A stretch of 63,981 bases of DNA, the filler included, from an uncultured bacterium (lineage in GTDB: Bacteria; CAYJOG01), in assembly GCA_964371695.1 (NCBI GenBank). It is 7 parts of 7 records of this genome, joined end to end, with 100 filler letters (N's around TTAATTAATTAA, not from the genome) between each part and the next. Parts side by side here need not be neighbours in the genome. Positions count along the whole stretch, not along the records: positions 9,306 to 18,450 come from CAYJOG010000079.1; positions 18,551 to 27,684 come from CAYJOG010000080.1; 5 more parts are not named here. One strand, 5' to 3'. This document shows, piece after piece, positions 9,206-19,089 of the stretch. Position 1 is the stretch's first letter; each line of letters starts with the position of its first letter. A model generated the notes under the pieces. It had not been told where the DNA came from. It made no database searches and saw nothing but the letters and a program-made list of their open reading frames with translations. A program made the position numbers and the translations under genes.

Positions 9206-9305
9206 NNNNNNNNNNNNNNNNNNNNNNNNNNNNNNNNNNNNNNNNNNNNTTAATTAATTAANNNNNNNNNNNNNNNNNNNNNNNNNNNNNNNNNNNNNNN
9301 NNNNN
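9206..9305. other. Artificial contig linker (also 18451-18550, 27685-27784, 36853-36952, 45950-46049, 54989-55088)
   Basis: 100-nt N run containing TTAATTAATTAA; contig lengths 9205, 9145, 9134, 9068, 8997, 8939, 8893 decrease monotonically. Confidence 0.98.
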
Positions 9306-9359
9306 GAGCCTGTCCAAAGTGGGCCATGTTTCACATAACCCACTTTTCAAACAGGCTCT
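9306..9359. mobile_element. ~55-bp mini-element with GAGCCTGT...ACAGGCTC ends
   Basis: Reverse complement aligns with 39396-39450 (shared ends and ATGTGAAACATGG centre). Confidence 0.7.
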
Positions 9360-9524
9360 TTGGGGAGAGGGTGGTCCGTAGGACCGGGTAATGGGCGCGG
9401 GAGGTCTTTTGGGGTTGCGGCAGCATATTGATGCTGCCGGGCGCGCCCAGCGGCACGACAGTGCCGGGGTAAAACATAAGTAGAAAATCAAAAAACAGTG
9501 GTTTTTTGCTTTTTTTTTTTTAAA

Positions 9525-9756
9525 CCCCTCTCCCCAACCCTCTCCCCATTAAAGGGGAGAGGGGGCCGGGGATGCATCCCGGTGGATAACCCGAACCCAA
9601 AGGACGTAAGAACGTCATGCGTTCAGGATTTCCCGTTTGAAAATCAGGGGTGATTAACCCCCTCTCCCCTGCTGGGGAGAGGGTTGGGGTGAGGGGTAAA
9701 ACATAAACATAAAACCTTTTTGGTTTTGTCGGGCTTCCCGCCTGCGCGGGAATGAC
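9525..9756. repeat. CCCTCTCCC-n-GGGAGAGGG palindrome pair (family D) plus a TTCCC-N8-GGGAAT hairpin
   Basis: Inverted copies at ~9525-9565 and ~9658-9697; family recurs at ~15257, 15648, 15736, 22540, 22628, 27785, 37950, 42964, 43111, 48726. Confidence 0.85.
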
Positions 9757-9782
9757 GCCAATCTGCGGGTCACGACAAGCTC

Positions 9783-11591
9783 TTACTTCCCCGGCGCACG
9801 TTTGAGGATGGAGACGAACGCCTCCTGCGGAATCTCCACCTTGCCGATCTGCTTCATGCGCTTTTTGCCTTCCTTCTGTTTTTCCAGCAGTTTGCGTTTG
9901 CGGGTGATGTCGCCGCCATAACACTTGGCGGTCACGTTCTTGCCCATGGCCTTGATGGTTTCGCGGGCCACGATTTTGCCGCCGATGGCCGCCTGCACGG
10001 GAATCACGAACATGTGGCGCGGAATCACGTCTTTCAGCCGCTCCACCAGTTCCTTGCCCCGGTCGTGGGCCTTGCTGCGATGCACCATCATGCTCAGCGC
10101 GTCCACCGGCTCGGCGTTCAGCAGAATGTCCATCTTCACGATGTCCGAATCCTGCTCGCCGTCCAGGGTGTAATCCATGCTGGCATAACCCTTGCTCTGG
10201 CTTTTGAGCTGGTCGAAAAAGTCGAAGATGATTTCGCCCAGGGGCAGACGGCAGTGGATGTTCACCCGACCGCCCTCCAGGTGCTCCATGTCGTGATATT
10301 CACCCCGGCGGCTGGTGATGAGTTCCATCATGGGGCCGATGTAATCGGCGGGCACAATGATGTCCACCTTCACCATGGGTTCAAAAATGCTCTCGATGCG
10401 GCTGCGGTCGGGCAACAGCGCCGGGTTGTCCACCCGTTTTTCCACGCCGTCGGTCATCACCACGCGATACACCACGCTGGGGGCCGTCACAATCAGCCCC
10501 AGGTTATATTCCCGTTCCAGGCGCTCCTGCACGATTTCCAGATGCAACAGCCCCAGAAAACCGCAGCGATAACCAAACCCCAGGGCCTGGCTGCTTTCGG
10601 GTTCATACACCAGGGCGGCGTCGTTCAGCGCGTATTTCTCCAGGCTGTCCTTGAGTTTGTGAATGTCTTCACCGTCAATGGGATACAACCCGGCGAACAC
10701 AAAAGGTTTCAGCTTGCGATAACCGGGCAACGGGTCGGGGGCGGGGTGGGCGCGGTGGGTGATGGTGTCGCCCACGGCCACGTCCTTGATGGACTTGATG
10801 CTGGCCACAAAATAACCCGTCTCGCCGGGGCCGAGTTCCGCCTGAGAGGTGGGGGCGGGGCAGAACACCCCCGTGTCCACTACCTCGTGCACACGCCCGC
10901 TGTGAAAACACTTGATGCGATCACCCTTTTTCATCACGCCGCTCTTGATGCGCACATAGGGAATCACGCCCTTGTAGCTGTCGTAGTTGCTGTCAAAAAT
11001 CAGCGCCCGCAGAAAATCGTCCTTGGGCGGCTTGGGGGCGGGAATGCGCTCCACCACGGCGTGCAGGATTTCTGTCACACCCACGCCCGTGCGGGCGCTG
11101 CACAGCAACACGTCTTCTTCGTCGCAGCCCAGCAGGTCACACACCATGTTGCGCACCCGCTCCACTTCTGCGCCGGGCAGGTCAATCTTGTTGAGCACCG
11201 GCACAATTTCCAGGCCGTTTTCGATGGCGAGGTATAGGTTGGAGAGGGGCTGCGCCTCAATGCCCTGGCTGGCGTCCACCACCAGCACCGCGCCCTCGCA
11301 GGCCGCCATGCTGCGGCTCACCTCATAGGTGAAATCCACATGCCCCGGCGTGTCAATCAGGTTGAGCACATGGGGCTGGCCCCCGTGTTCAAACTTCATG
11401 CGCACCGCCTGCAACTTGATGGTGATGCCCCGCTCGCGCTCAAGATCCAGCGTGTCCAGGGTCTGCTCCTTGAGCTTGGACTTCTCAATGGTGCCCGTCA
11501 GTTCCAGAAACCTGTCCGCCAGCGTGGTCTTGCCGTGATCAATGTGGGCAATGATGCAGAAATTGCGTATATCTCCCAGAACCAAGCTCAT
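9783..11591 (-). CDS. lepA: Elongation factor 4 (LepA)
   Basis: [72 protein letters not shown] 11591 is 9 nt after TACACT. Confidence 0.98.
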   Translation of the reverse strand: MSLVLGDIRNFCIIAHIDHGKTTLADRFLELTGTIEKSKLKEQTLDTLDLERERGITIKLQAVRMKFEHGGQPHVLNLIDTPGHVDFTYEVSRSMAACEGAVLVVDASQGIEAQPLSNLYLAIENGLEIVPVLNKIDLPGAEVERVRNMVCDLLGCDEEDVLLCSARTGVGVTEILHAVVERIPAPKPPKDDFLRALIFDSNYDSYKGVIPYVRIKSGVMKKGDRIKCFHSGRVHEVVDTGVFCPAPTSQAELGPGETGYFVASIKSIKDVAVGDTITHRAHPAPDPLPGYRKLKPFVFAGLYPIDGEDIHKLKDSLEKYALNDAALVYEPESSQALGFGYRCGFLGLLHLEIVQERLEREYNLGLIVTAPSVVYRVVMTDGVEKRVDNPALLPDRSRIESIFEPMVKVDIIVPADYIGPMMELITSRRGEYHDMEHLEGGRVNIHCRLPLGEIIFDFFDQLKSQSKGYASMDYTLDGEQDSDIVKMDILLNAEPVDALSMMVHRSKAHDRGKELVERLKDVIPRHMFVIPVQAAIGGKIVARETIKAMGKNVTAKCYGGDITRKRKLLEKQKEGKKRMKQIGKVEIPQEAFVSILKRAPGK

Positions 11592-11637
11592 CGGGGGGGG
11601 AGTGTAAACGATTCCCTCATTGCTGTTAGGTTTATTT

Positions 11638-11774
11638 GTAGCCCCGGCGTCCCGTCGGGAGCAAAAAACGCCGAAGGCGTCACCCAATAGGTTTTTTCGG
11701 GGAAATATGAAGATAAATCTGAATGGTGCGCGCCTGCGGCGCGCTTGAAACTCCCGGCGGGACGCCGGTGCTAC
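11638..11774. repeat. REPIN-like pair of inverted GTAG REPs
   Basis: GTAGCCCCGGCGTCCCGTCGGGAG ... CTCCCGGCGGGACGCCGGTGCTAC. Confidence 0.8.
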
Positions 11775-11875
11775 TTCAAAAATCCTTGATAATCTGAGAG
11801 CCTGCGCAGGCTCTGACAGCAATGGGCGATTCCCCCCTCCTGTCCATGCTGCGGAGCTGCGCTACCATGGCGGCC

Positions 11876-13411
11876 ATGGTTCGGGTTTACAGCGCCACGG
11901 TGATGGGCATTGAGGCACTGCGGGTGATCGTGGAGGCCGATGTGTCCCCCGCCCTGCCCAGCTTCACCATCGTGGGTCTGCCCGATGCGGCGGTGAAGGA
12001 AGCCCGCGAGCGGGTGCGCGCCGCCGTCAAAAACAGCGCCTGCACGTTTCCCCTGGGACGCATCACGGTGAATCTCGCCCCCGCCAGCATTCCAAAAACC
12101 GGGCCGTTGTTTGACCTGCCCATTGCCCTGAGTGTGATTGCCGTGACCGGCGAGGTGCCCCAGGCGGCCTTTGAGGACATGGCCCTGATGGGCGAACTGG
12201 GGCTGGATGGCGTGGTGCGGCCCGTGCCGGGGGTGCTGGTGGTGGCCGAGCAGTTGCGGCGCGAGGGCGTGCGGCGGCTGGTGGTGGCGGTGGAAAACCT
12301 GCCCGAAGCCCGGCTGGTGGAGGGCCTGGAAAGCGTGGGGGTGAAAAGTCTGGCCCATCTGGTGGCCTGCCTGCGGGGAGACGACGACTGGGTGCTGCCC
12401 ACCGACGTGACCGTGGCGGCGGAGGAAGACGATCTGGCCCCAGACCTGGACGAGGTGAAGGGCCAGCCCTTTGCCCGCCGGGCGTTGGAAATCGCCGCTG
12501 CCGGGGGACACAACCTGTTGCTCATCGGCCCGCCCGGCAGCGGCAAAACCATGCTGGCCCGCCGTATGTCCAGCATTTTGCCCCCCATGACCTTTGAAGA
12601 AGCCCTGGAAGTGACGAAGATTCGCAGTGTGGTGAACGAGACGGGGGCGTCGCTCACGCTGGCGGGTCAGCGGCCTTTTCGTTCGCCCCACCACAGCGCC
12701 ACGTCACCCGCCATGGTGGGCGGGGGCCAGCCCATCCGCCCCGGCGAGGTCACCATGGCGCACCACGGCGTGCTGTTTCTGGACGAACTGCCGGAGTTCA
12801 ATCGCCCCACGCTGGAGAGCCTGCGTCAGGCCCTGGAAGATGGTTACGTGAACGTGAGCCGGGCCAGCGGCACGGTGCGTTTCCCGGCGCGGTTCTGCAT
12901 GGTGGCGGCCATGAACCCCAGCCCCACCGGTTACGCCCCCGACTCTGGCCACAAAGACGCCTGCACCACGCACCAGATGCGCCAATACCTCAGCCGCATC
13001 TCCGGCCCCTTGCTGGACCGCATCGATCTGCACGTGGAAGCCCCCAAGGTGAACCCCCGCGACCTGTCCCACGCGCCGCCGGGGGAATGTTCCGCCGTGG
13101 TGCGCGAGCGGGTGCTGGCGGCCCGTCAACAACAGGAGGCCCGCTTCAGGGACTTCCCCTTTTTCACCAACGCGTCGTTGCAGGGCAAGGCCATCGAGCG
13201 GTTCTGCCCCCTGGGCGACGAAGCCACCGCGCTGTTGAATCAGGCGGCGGACAAACTGGGTTTCAGCGCACGGGCCTATAGCCGGGTGCGCAAGGTGGCC
13301 CGCACCATCGCAGACCTGGAAGGCGCGGCGGACATCTCCGCCCACCACGTGGCCGAGGCCATTCAGTTTCGCAGTCTGGACCGGAAATATTTCGGCATGT
13401 ATCAGGGGTGA
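11876..13411 (+). CDS. comM: YifB/ComM family Mg-chelatase-like AAA+ ATPase
   Basis: IVGLPDAAVKEARERV, AAAGGHNLLLIGPPGSGKTMLA, RPFRSPHHS, GVLFLDELPEF, SGPLLDRIDL; ATG 7 nt after TACCAT. Confidence 0.96.
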   Translation: MVRVYSATVMGIEALRVIVEADVSPALPSFTIVGLPDAAVKEARERVRAAVKNSACTFPLGRITVNLAPASIPKTGPLFDLPIALSVIAVTGEVPQAAFEDMALMGELGLDGVVRPVPGVLVVAEQLRREGVRRLVVAVENLPEARLVEGLESVGVKSLAHLVACLRGDDDWVLPTDVTVAAEEDDLAPDLDEVKGQPFARRALEIAAAGGHNLLLIGPPGSGKTMLARRMSSILPPMTFEEALEVTKIRSVVNETGASLTLAGQRPFRSPHHSATSPAMVGGGQPIRPGEVTMAHHGVLFLDELPEFNRPTLESLRQALEDGYVNVSRASGTVRFPARFCMVAAMNPSPTGYAPDSGHKDACTTHQMRQYLSRISGPLLDRIDLHVEAPKVNPRDLSHAPPGECSAVVRERVLAARQQQEARFRDFPFFTNASLQGKAIERFCPLGDEATALLNQAADKLGFSARAYSRVRKVARTIADLEGAADISAHHVAEAIQFRSLDRKYFGMYQG

Positions 13412-13427
13412 AGCTTGATTCCGGCTC

Positions 13428-13596
13428 TAGAACTTGTCTCAAAAATCCCTCTGTGGATTTTTTCGATCGCCGTGGGCGGAAATGAATTCCGCCCACGAGC
13501 GCGAAAACCTGCGTGTTTTCAACCCTCCGGTTTTCGGTGCAGGCCATCCTTGGCCTGCCAGAAGCCATCTCATAAGTATTTTTGAGATGGCTTCTA
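13428..13596. mobile_element. MITE-like element with imperfect terminal IRs
   Basis: TAGAACTTGTCTCAAAA ... TTTTGAGATGGCTTCTA; internal hairpins GTGGGCGGAA/TTCCGCCCAC, CAGGCCATCCTTGGCCTG and GAAGCCATCTCA/TGAGATGGCTTC. Confidence 0.7.
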
Positions 13597-13625
13597 TCGC
13601 TTGGCGTCCTTTCTATACTCCCCCC

Positions 13626-15239
13626 GTGAGCCAGAAAACCCGCGCTCTTTCTGCCGCTGCTTTCATCGTGATGGCGGGCATGGGCCTGAGCCGTGTGTTG
13701 GGTTTTGTGCGCATGAGCGCCATCGCCCACGTGTTTGGCCGCAACCGGGCCACCGATGCTTTCATCGCGGCTTTTACCTTGCCCGACCTGCTTTACATTC
13801 TGGTGAGCGGCGGGGCGCTGGGGGCGGCGTTCATTCCGGTTTTCACCACCCTGCGGCAAAAGGGAGAAATGGAAAAAGCCTGGGGTCTGGCGAACAACCT
13901 GCTGAACGTGGTGAACCTGACCGTGTTCATTGGTGTGGTGTTGGGGGTGGTGACCACGCAACTAGTGGCCCTGCTGGTGCCGGGGTTTCACGCCACCGAC
14001 AAAGCCTTTGCCGAAACAGTGTGGTTCTCGCGCCTGCTGTTTCCCATGGTGCTGTTCACCACCATGAGCGGCCTGATGAACGGCTGGCTGCAAAGCCTGG
14101 GTGAGTTCAAGGCCCCGGCCCTGGCGTGGAGTGTCTACAACGTCGTCATCATCGCCGTGGCGCTCACCGTGGGCGAGCGGTTTGGCCTGCAAAGCCTGTG
14201 TGTGGCCACCGTGGCGGGGGCGGCGGCCATGGTGCTGGTGCAGGTGCCGGGTTTGCTCAGGCGGGGCTGGCGGCCCGCGTGGCGGCTCAACCTGCGCGAC
14301 GACGACCTGCGCCGCGTGCTCAAACTTTTTGTGTGGGCCATGCTGGGCATTGGCCTCTCGCAGATCAACCTCATGGTGCTGCCCACCCTGTTTGGCAGTT
14401 TTCTGGGGCCGGGCGACATCATGGCCCTGCAATACGCCATCCGTCTGGTGGTGTTTCCCCTGGGCATGTTCGGCAGCGCCATCAGCATGGCGATTTATCC
14501 CACGCTGTGCCGCGAGGCGGTGGAAGACGACGCCGGTTTCGCCAACACCCTCACCCTGGGTCTGCGGGCTGCGCTGGTGCTGTGTGTGCCCATGACGGTG
14601 GTGTTCATGGCGGCGGCCCCGGCTATCACACAAATCCTGTTTCTCACCGGCAAGTTCACGCTGGCAGACACCACCGCCACGGCGCGGGCGCTGGTGTTTC
14701 TGAGCCTGGGACTGGTGGGACTGGTGATGAACCAGATTCTCACCAAGGGGTTTCACGCGCATCAGGACATGGCCACGCCGCTGAAGACCGGCCTGGTGGC
14801 CACGTTTTTGGTCAGTGTGCCGCTCACCTGGCTGCTGACGGTGCGGGGTTACGCCATCGCCGGTGTGGGCGTGGGGCTGAGCGTGGGGGCGGTGAGCATG
14901 GGGCTGGTGCAGTTGTTTGTGCTCAGCCGGCGTTATCCCCTCATCAGCGCCAGCGCCATGCTGGTGTGCCTGCTGAAGGTGGCTCTGGCCAGCCTGCCCC
15001 TGGCGGGTTGCCTTTATTTCTTTCAAGAGGTGGCCTCGGCGCAGCACTTTGGCCGGTTATTACTGTTGGGGGGCTTCAGCGCCACGGGCGCAGCGGGGGG
15101 GCTGATGTTTGTGGTGCTGCTGGTGCTGCTGCGCGAAGAAAGCGCCGCCCTGGCCTTGGGGCGCTTGCCCGTGGTGGGGTCACGGATAAAAAGTTATGTG
15201 CAGAAAACGCCTGCGTCTCTTGGGGCAAAATCGCCCTAA
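13626..15239 (+). CDS. murJ: Lipid II flippase MurJ (MviN)
   Basis: LSRVLGFVR, DAFIAAFTLPD, GALGAAFIPVF, FPLGMFG; many TM helices; GTG 6 nt after TATACT. Confidence 0.95.
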   Translation: MSQKTRALSAAAFIVMAGMGLSRVLGFVRMSAIAHVFGRNRATDAFIAAFTLPDLLYILVSGGALGAAFIPVFTTLRQKGEMEKAWGLANNLLNVVNLTVFIGVVLGVVTTQLVALLVPGFHATDKAFAETVWFSRLLFPMVLFTTMSGLMNGWLQSLGEFKAPALAWSVYNVVIIAVALTVGERFGLQSLCVATVAGAAAMVLVQVPGLLRRGWRPAWRLNLRDDDLRRVLKLFVWAMLGIGLSQINLMVLPTLFGSFLGPGDIMALQYAIRLVVFPLGMFGSAISMAIYPTLCREAVEDDAGFANTLTLGLRAALVLCVPMTVVFMAAAPAITQILFLTGKFTLADTTATARALVFLSLGLVGLVMNQILTKGFHAHQDMATPLKTGLVATFLVSVPLTWLLTVRGYAIAGVGVGLSVGAVSMGLVQLFVLSRRYPLISASAMLVCLLKVALASLPLAGCLYFFQEVASAQHFGRLLLLGGFSATGAAGGLMFVVLLVLLREESAALALGRLPVVGSRIKSYVQKTPASLGAKSP

Positions 15240-15247
15240 ATGGAGGC

Positions 15248-15860
15248 GTGGAAAATGCCCTCTCCCTGAGGGAGAGGGCAAGAAAAAAGCCCTTATTTTG
15301 TCTACAGCTACTCCGAAAATGCTCTAATACCAATGAACATTCAAAATAGCAGGAATGTTCATTGGTTTTATTGGCCTTGCCATTCGTCGTGAATGGCTAC
15401 GGCCCGGCGCGGCGCAGGCAAAGCCCGCTTGCGCCGCGAACACCTCCGGCCCTGTCTGGGCCTCGGTGTTCGAGCCGAATTCATCCATGAATTCATACCA
15501 ATTTTCACCAAACCGTCTGAATTCGCAGCACCCGTTTCCAAACTGGTTCATCGCTCAGAATTAATGTTGTTTTGGTTGAAAATTGGTATAAAGAATTTCC
15601 GGAATTAATGGAGCAGGCATCCGAAGCTGACACAGGGCAATGTCCACCCCCTCTCCCCTTGAGGGAGAGGGTTGGGGTGAGGGGTTTATTCAAAAGCAAA
15701 AAAAACCAAGCAAGGTTTTCGTTTTTTGTTTGAACCCCTCACCCGGATGGATTGGCCAAAAAGGTCCAATCCATCCGACCTCTCCCTCAAGGGGAGAGGT
15801 GAAGGACCGCCCTACTTTTTGCTCTACCATTTCCGAAAATGCTCTGGGGAGAGGGCAAAA
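15248..15860. repeat. Repeat cluster: family A copy 2 (core 15371-15503) and family D palindromes
   Basis: Core 129/133 identical to 817-949; flanked by hairpin cassettes bounded by ATACCAAT...ATTGGT(A/T)T; CCGAAAATGCTCT ends at ~15313 and ~15833. Confidence 0.85.
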
Positions 15861-15911
15861 CACAACACGCCATATATCTGGTCACCACCAAAGCAAGGCT
15901 TGCTCTGATGA

Positions 15912-17795
15912 TCAAATCTGAAACTGGCCGGTGCTCTCTTTGAGCTGCTGGGCGGTGTTGAACAGCCGCTCGGCGTTTTCCTTGAGGATTTCGGACTGTC
16001 GCCGGGCCAGTTGCAGGTCTGCTTCAAAAGACTGCGCTGCCGCCAGCATCTGACCAGCTTTGGAGGCCTCTTCAATCTGCGCGTGTACCTTGCCGAACTC
16101 CTCGCGCAGCGCGCCGGTGGATCCGGAAAGATTTTGCGCCGTGTCCATGGTGGCGCTCAGGCGCTGGTGCATCTGGCCAAAAGCGTCGCGGGCCTCAGTG
16201 GCCCCAGCATAACCCTGCTGCACCATTTCGCCCTGGCGGGTCATGATGTGATGGGCGTGGCGTGAGCTTTCCTTGAGGTTGCCCATGAGGTGACGGATTT
16301 CCTGGAGCGCCTCGCCGGTGGCCACCGAGAGTTTTCGGATTTCTTCGGCCACCACGGCAAACCCGGCTCCCTCGGCCCCGGCGCGGGCGCTTTCCACGGC
16401 GGCGTTCAGCGAAAGCAGGCGGGTCTGGTCGGCGATGTTGTCAATGAGCTTTACAAACCGCTCCACCTCGGCCACGTCCTTCACCAGTCCGTTCACCACC
16501 ACCGCGCCGTCGCGGCGGCCTTCGTCCAGTGCGCCCATGGCGCCGTGCAGGGTTTCCATGCTGTCGCGGCCACGCCCGGCCCACTGGCCGCAGTCCTGGC
16601 TCTGCTGGTGAATGTTGGCGAGACCGGCCACGGCCTGATCCAGTTCGCGGGCGGCGCTCTCTAGCAACGCCAGGGTGCCGTCCAGCAGGGCCACCTGCCC
16701 TTGCACGCCAAAATAAATGCCATCAAAGGAATCCTTGATTTTTTCCAGCGCCGCGTGACCCGTGCCCGCTTCTTCAAACGTGGCGTGGCCAATGTCCGCC
16801 AGTGTGTTGCCCACGTCTTTCAGGCCGCTCACCAGTTCGCGCAGCTCTTGGATGGCCCCTTGCAGCGTGTGGGTCATCTCGCCCATTTCGCCTGCCATGG
16901 CGGGGGCCTTCACGGGGCGCAGATCACCCTTGGAAAGCCGCGCCAGCCCCTGTCGCATGGTGGCCACGGCCCGCACCAGGGGCATGCTCAGCAACCTGCC
17001 CGCCCCCATGGCAATCAGAAACACCACCAGGGCGATGCCCACGGCCACCAGCACCAGTGTGCGCAGGGGGGCCTGCACCTGTTCGGAGTCGGGCATCACC
17101 ACCACCGTCAGTTCGGGGCCGGAGAGGCCGCCCCGCCCGGCCTGCTGGCGGTTGTCCTGATTTTGCGCGGCGGTGGGGCGCACGTCGCGCATCCACTGGT
17201 TGTTGTCGGCCTCAATGGCAAACCCGCCCACCTGGGCCCCCAGGCCCTTCAGGTCTTTCTGCAACACCCGCTTCACCTTTTCGGTGTCCAGCACGGCTTT
17301 GACGCAGCCCACCACAAATACGTCCAGTTGTTTCACCGGCATCAAAAGCACGAGGGACGTTTTCCCCCCCGCTGTTTTCTGGGCCAGCAGGTGGGGTTCC
17401 TCTGGTTTGGCGGGGCAGCGGTCGATGTGGTTCAGGCTGGCCTCTCGCGTGGAAAGGAGCACCTTGCCAGACTGGTTGACGATGCGGATTTCCTCAAACA
17501 GGGCCATGTCGGCGCTTTTTTTCAGCCCCACCGTTGACTGGTTGGCGTCGGCCAGCATTTCGGCCAGTTGCTCGGTGGGCATGATGCCCTGCACCACCCG
17601 CTGGTTCTCACGCAGCAGCCTGTCCAGTTGCACCGACAAAAAGAAGCTGGCCTCGCGGGTGTTCTCCCGCGCCACGCCCAGGGCAAAGCTGCGAAAGGCA
17701 ATGAACATGGGCAGGCCCACCGCCACAATGCAAAACAGCGACAGGCCCAGAAAGGCCAGCACGAGCTGGGCGTGAAAAGACTGGTTGCGCTTCAT
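15912..17795 (-). CDS. Methyl-accepting chemotaxis protein (two TM, Cache-like sensor, HAMP, MCP signal domain)
   Basis: IADQTRLLSLNAAVESARAGAEGAGFAVVAEEIRKLS. Confidence 0.95.
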   Translation of the reverse strand: MKRNQSFHAQLVLAFLGLSLFCIVAVGLPMFIAFRSFALGVARENTREASFFLSVQLDRLLRENQRVVQGIMPTEQLAEMLADANQSTVGLKKSADMALFEEIRIVNQSGKVLLSTREASLNHIDRCPAKPEEPHLLAQKTAGGKTSLVLLMPVKQLDVFVVGCVKAVLDTEKVKRVLQKDLKGLGAQVGGFAIEADNNQWMRDVRPTAAQNQDNRQQAGRGGLSGPELTVVVMPDSEQVQAPLRTLVLVAVGIALVVFLIAMGAGRLLSMPLVRAVATMRQGLARLSKGDLRPVKAPAMAGEMGEMTHTLQGAIQELRELVSGLKDVGNTLADIGHATFEEAGTGHAALEKIKDSFDGIYFGVQGQVALLDGTLALLESAARELDQAVAGLANIHQQSQDCGQWAGRGRDSMETLHGAMGALDEGRRDGAVVVNGLVKDVAEVERFVKLIDNIADQTRLLSLNAAVESARAGAEGAGFAVVAEEIRKLSVATGEALQEIRHLMGNLKESSRHAHHIMTRQGEMVQQGYAGATEARDAFGQMHQRLSATMDTAQNLSGSTGALREEFGKVHAQIEEASKAGQMLAAAQSFEADLQLARRQSEILKENAERLFNTAQQLKESTGQFQI

Positions 17796-17987
17796 GGGGT
17801 TTGGGCGCGGAATTGCCGGGTTATCTCCTCTGGCATCACGTTTTGCTGGTCCGCAAGGCGGCATCCTAAGCACAAGGCACAGCCGCCAGCAACCACCGAA
17901 ACCAGTGAAGGCCAAAAGCGAAAATCTTTTGACACCCCGCCGGGTGTCCCATCCCTATAATGCGCTTCGGGCACGTCACGCCCTGTC

Positions 17988-18450
17988 ATGACCTTTTTCA
18001 AAACCTTTCGCGGCAAGCTCTATGGCGCATTTTTTGTGCTGGTTCTGTTTTGCCTGGTGACCGTGGGGGGCACGCTGGTGATGGGGTTCAACCGCCAGCT
18101 CAAACTGTCCGCCGCCGACAACACCCACCGCACAGGGCTTTTCATGGCCCGCGAACTGGGACTGCTGATGGTGGACATGGAAAAAGATCTGCGGGAGAAA
18201 CTGGACATTCCCGAAGTCCTGGCCCCTTATCTGTTCTCTGCCGAGGGGCGCGAAGAAGAAATCATCCAGTTTCCCCGCGACAATTTTTCCAAAGGCTCCC
18301 TGCCGCTGTTTGAAGACGTGTTTGTGGTTTCTGCCGAGGGGCGGTTGGCTTTTACCACACAAAAAGACGCCTCTGCGGATGGCTGGCGCTGCCCGTCACT
18401 CAAAAAGGAATCTTTCTTTTTTGTCAAGCCCGGCGAGGCCAGGCTGTGGT
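17988..18450 (+). CDS. Membrane-anchored sensor (Cache-like N-terminus), 3'-truncated
   Basis: N-terminal TM; LFEDVFVVSAEGRLAFTT resembles LFEEIRIVNQSGKVLLST of the divergent MCP; TATAAT upstream. Confidence 0.6.
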
Positions 18451-18550
18451 NNNNNNNNNNNNNNNNNNNNNNNNNNNNNNNNNNNNNNNNNNNNTTAATT
18501 AATTAANNNNNNNNNNNNNNNNNNNNNNNNNNNNNNNNNNNNNNNNNNNN

Positions 18551-19089
18551 ACGTGATGGTGCAGGGCAGGCCGTCGTTGTTGCCCCAGGTGGCCGCCGAG
18601 GTGGAGGCCGCCCGCGAAGCCGGTGTGGACGTGCCGCCTGTGTTGAGTTATCGCAAGGCCGAGCCGGAGCCGGAGATGGGCGCGGAAACCGGCGGACAGG
18701 TGGCGGGTCTGCCCGAGGGATTGCCCCAGTTGCCGGAAATGGGTGGTTTTGACTTCCCCCCCATGGAAGTCCATGGCACGCCACCTTCTCAGGAGCCGCC
18801 GCCCAAACCAGCGTATCCTTACAAACCCAGAGGCATTGTGATAGACGCAGACCCCGTAGTGATCATGACCAACGACAGAGGCCAGAGCCTGTATGCCCGC
18901 GTGGGCACCGTGCTGGAGCCGGGTGTGGAAGTGGTGGCGATCAAAAAGGATTTCATTCGCCTGAAAACGCCCGATGGCATTGAGGAAATGCCGCTGGTCT
19001 CTGAGGATTCCGCACCGCCGGTGGCGCAGTCCGCCAACCCTGGCGCACCCCCGCCGCCCCTGGCGACACCTGTGGGGGCGGGCCGATGA
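18551..19089 (+). CDS. Pro-rich protein upstream of secretin (PilP/GspC-like position), 5'-truncated
   Basis: GIV...YARVG..LEPGVEVVAIKKDFIRL beta domain; ATGA overlap with the secretin. Confidence 0.55.

Noticed and set aside
11240-11260. LepA EAQP instead of the conserved EAQT
   Set aside because: A single-base difference could be a sequencing error; cannot be judged without reads.
11592-11875. Long N-terminal extensions of LepA and ComM (similarly GlyS, MurJ, MCP, RplM) in the ORF track
   Set aside because: They run through repeats or promoters; family homology and -10/SD signals support the shorter starts.
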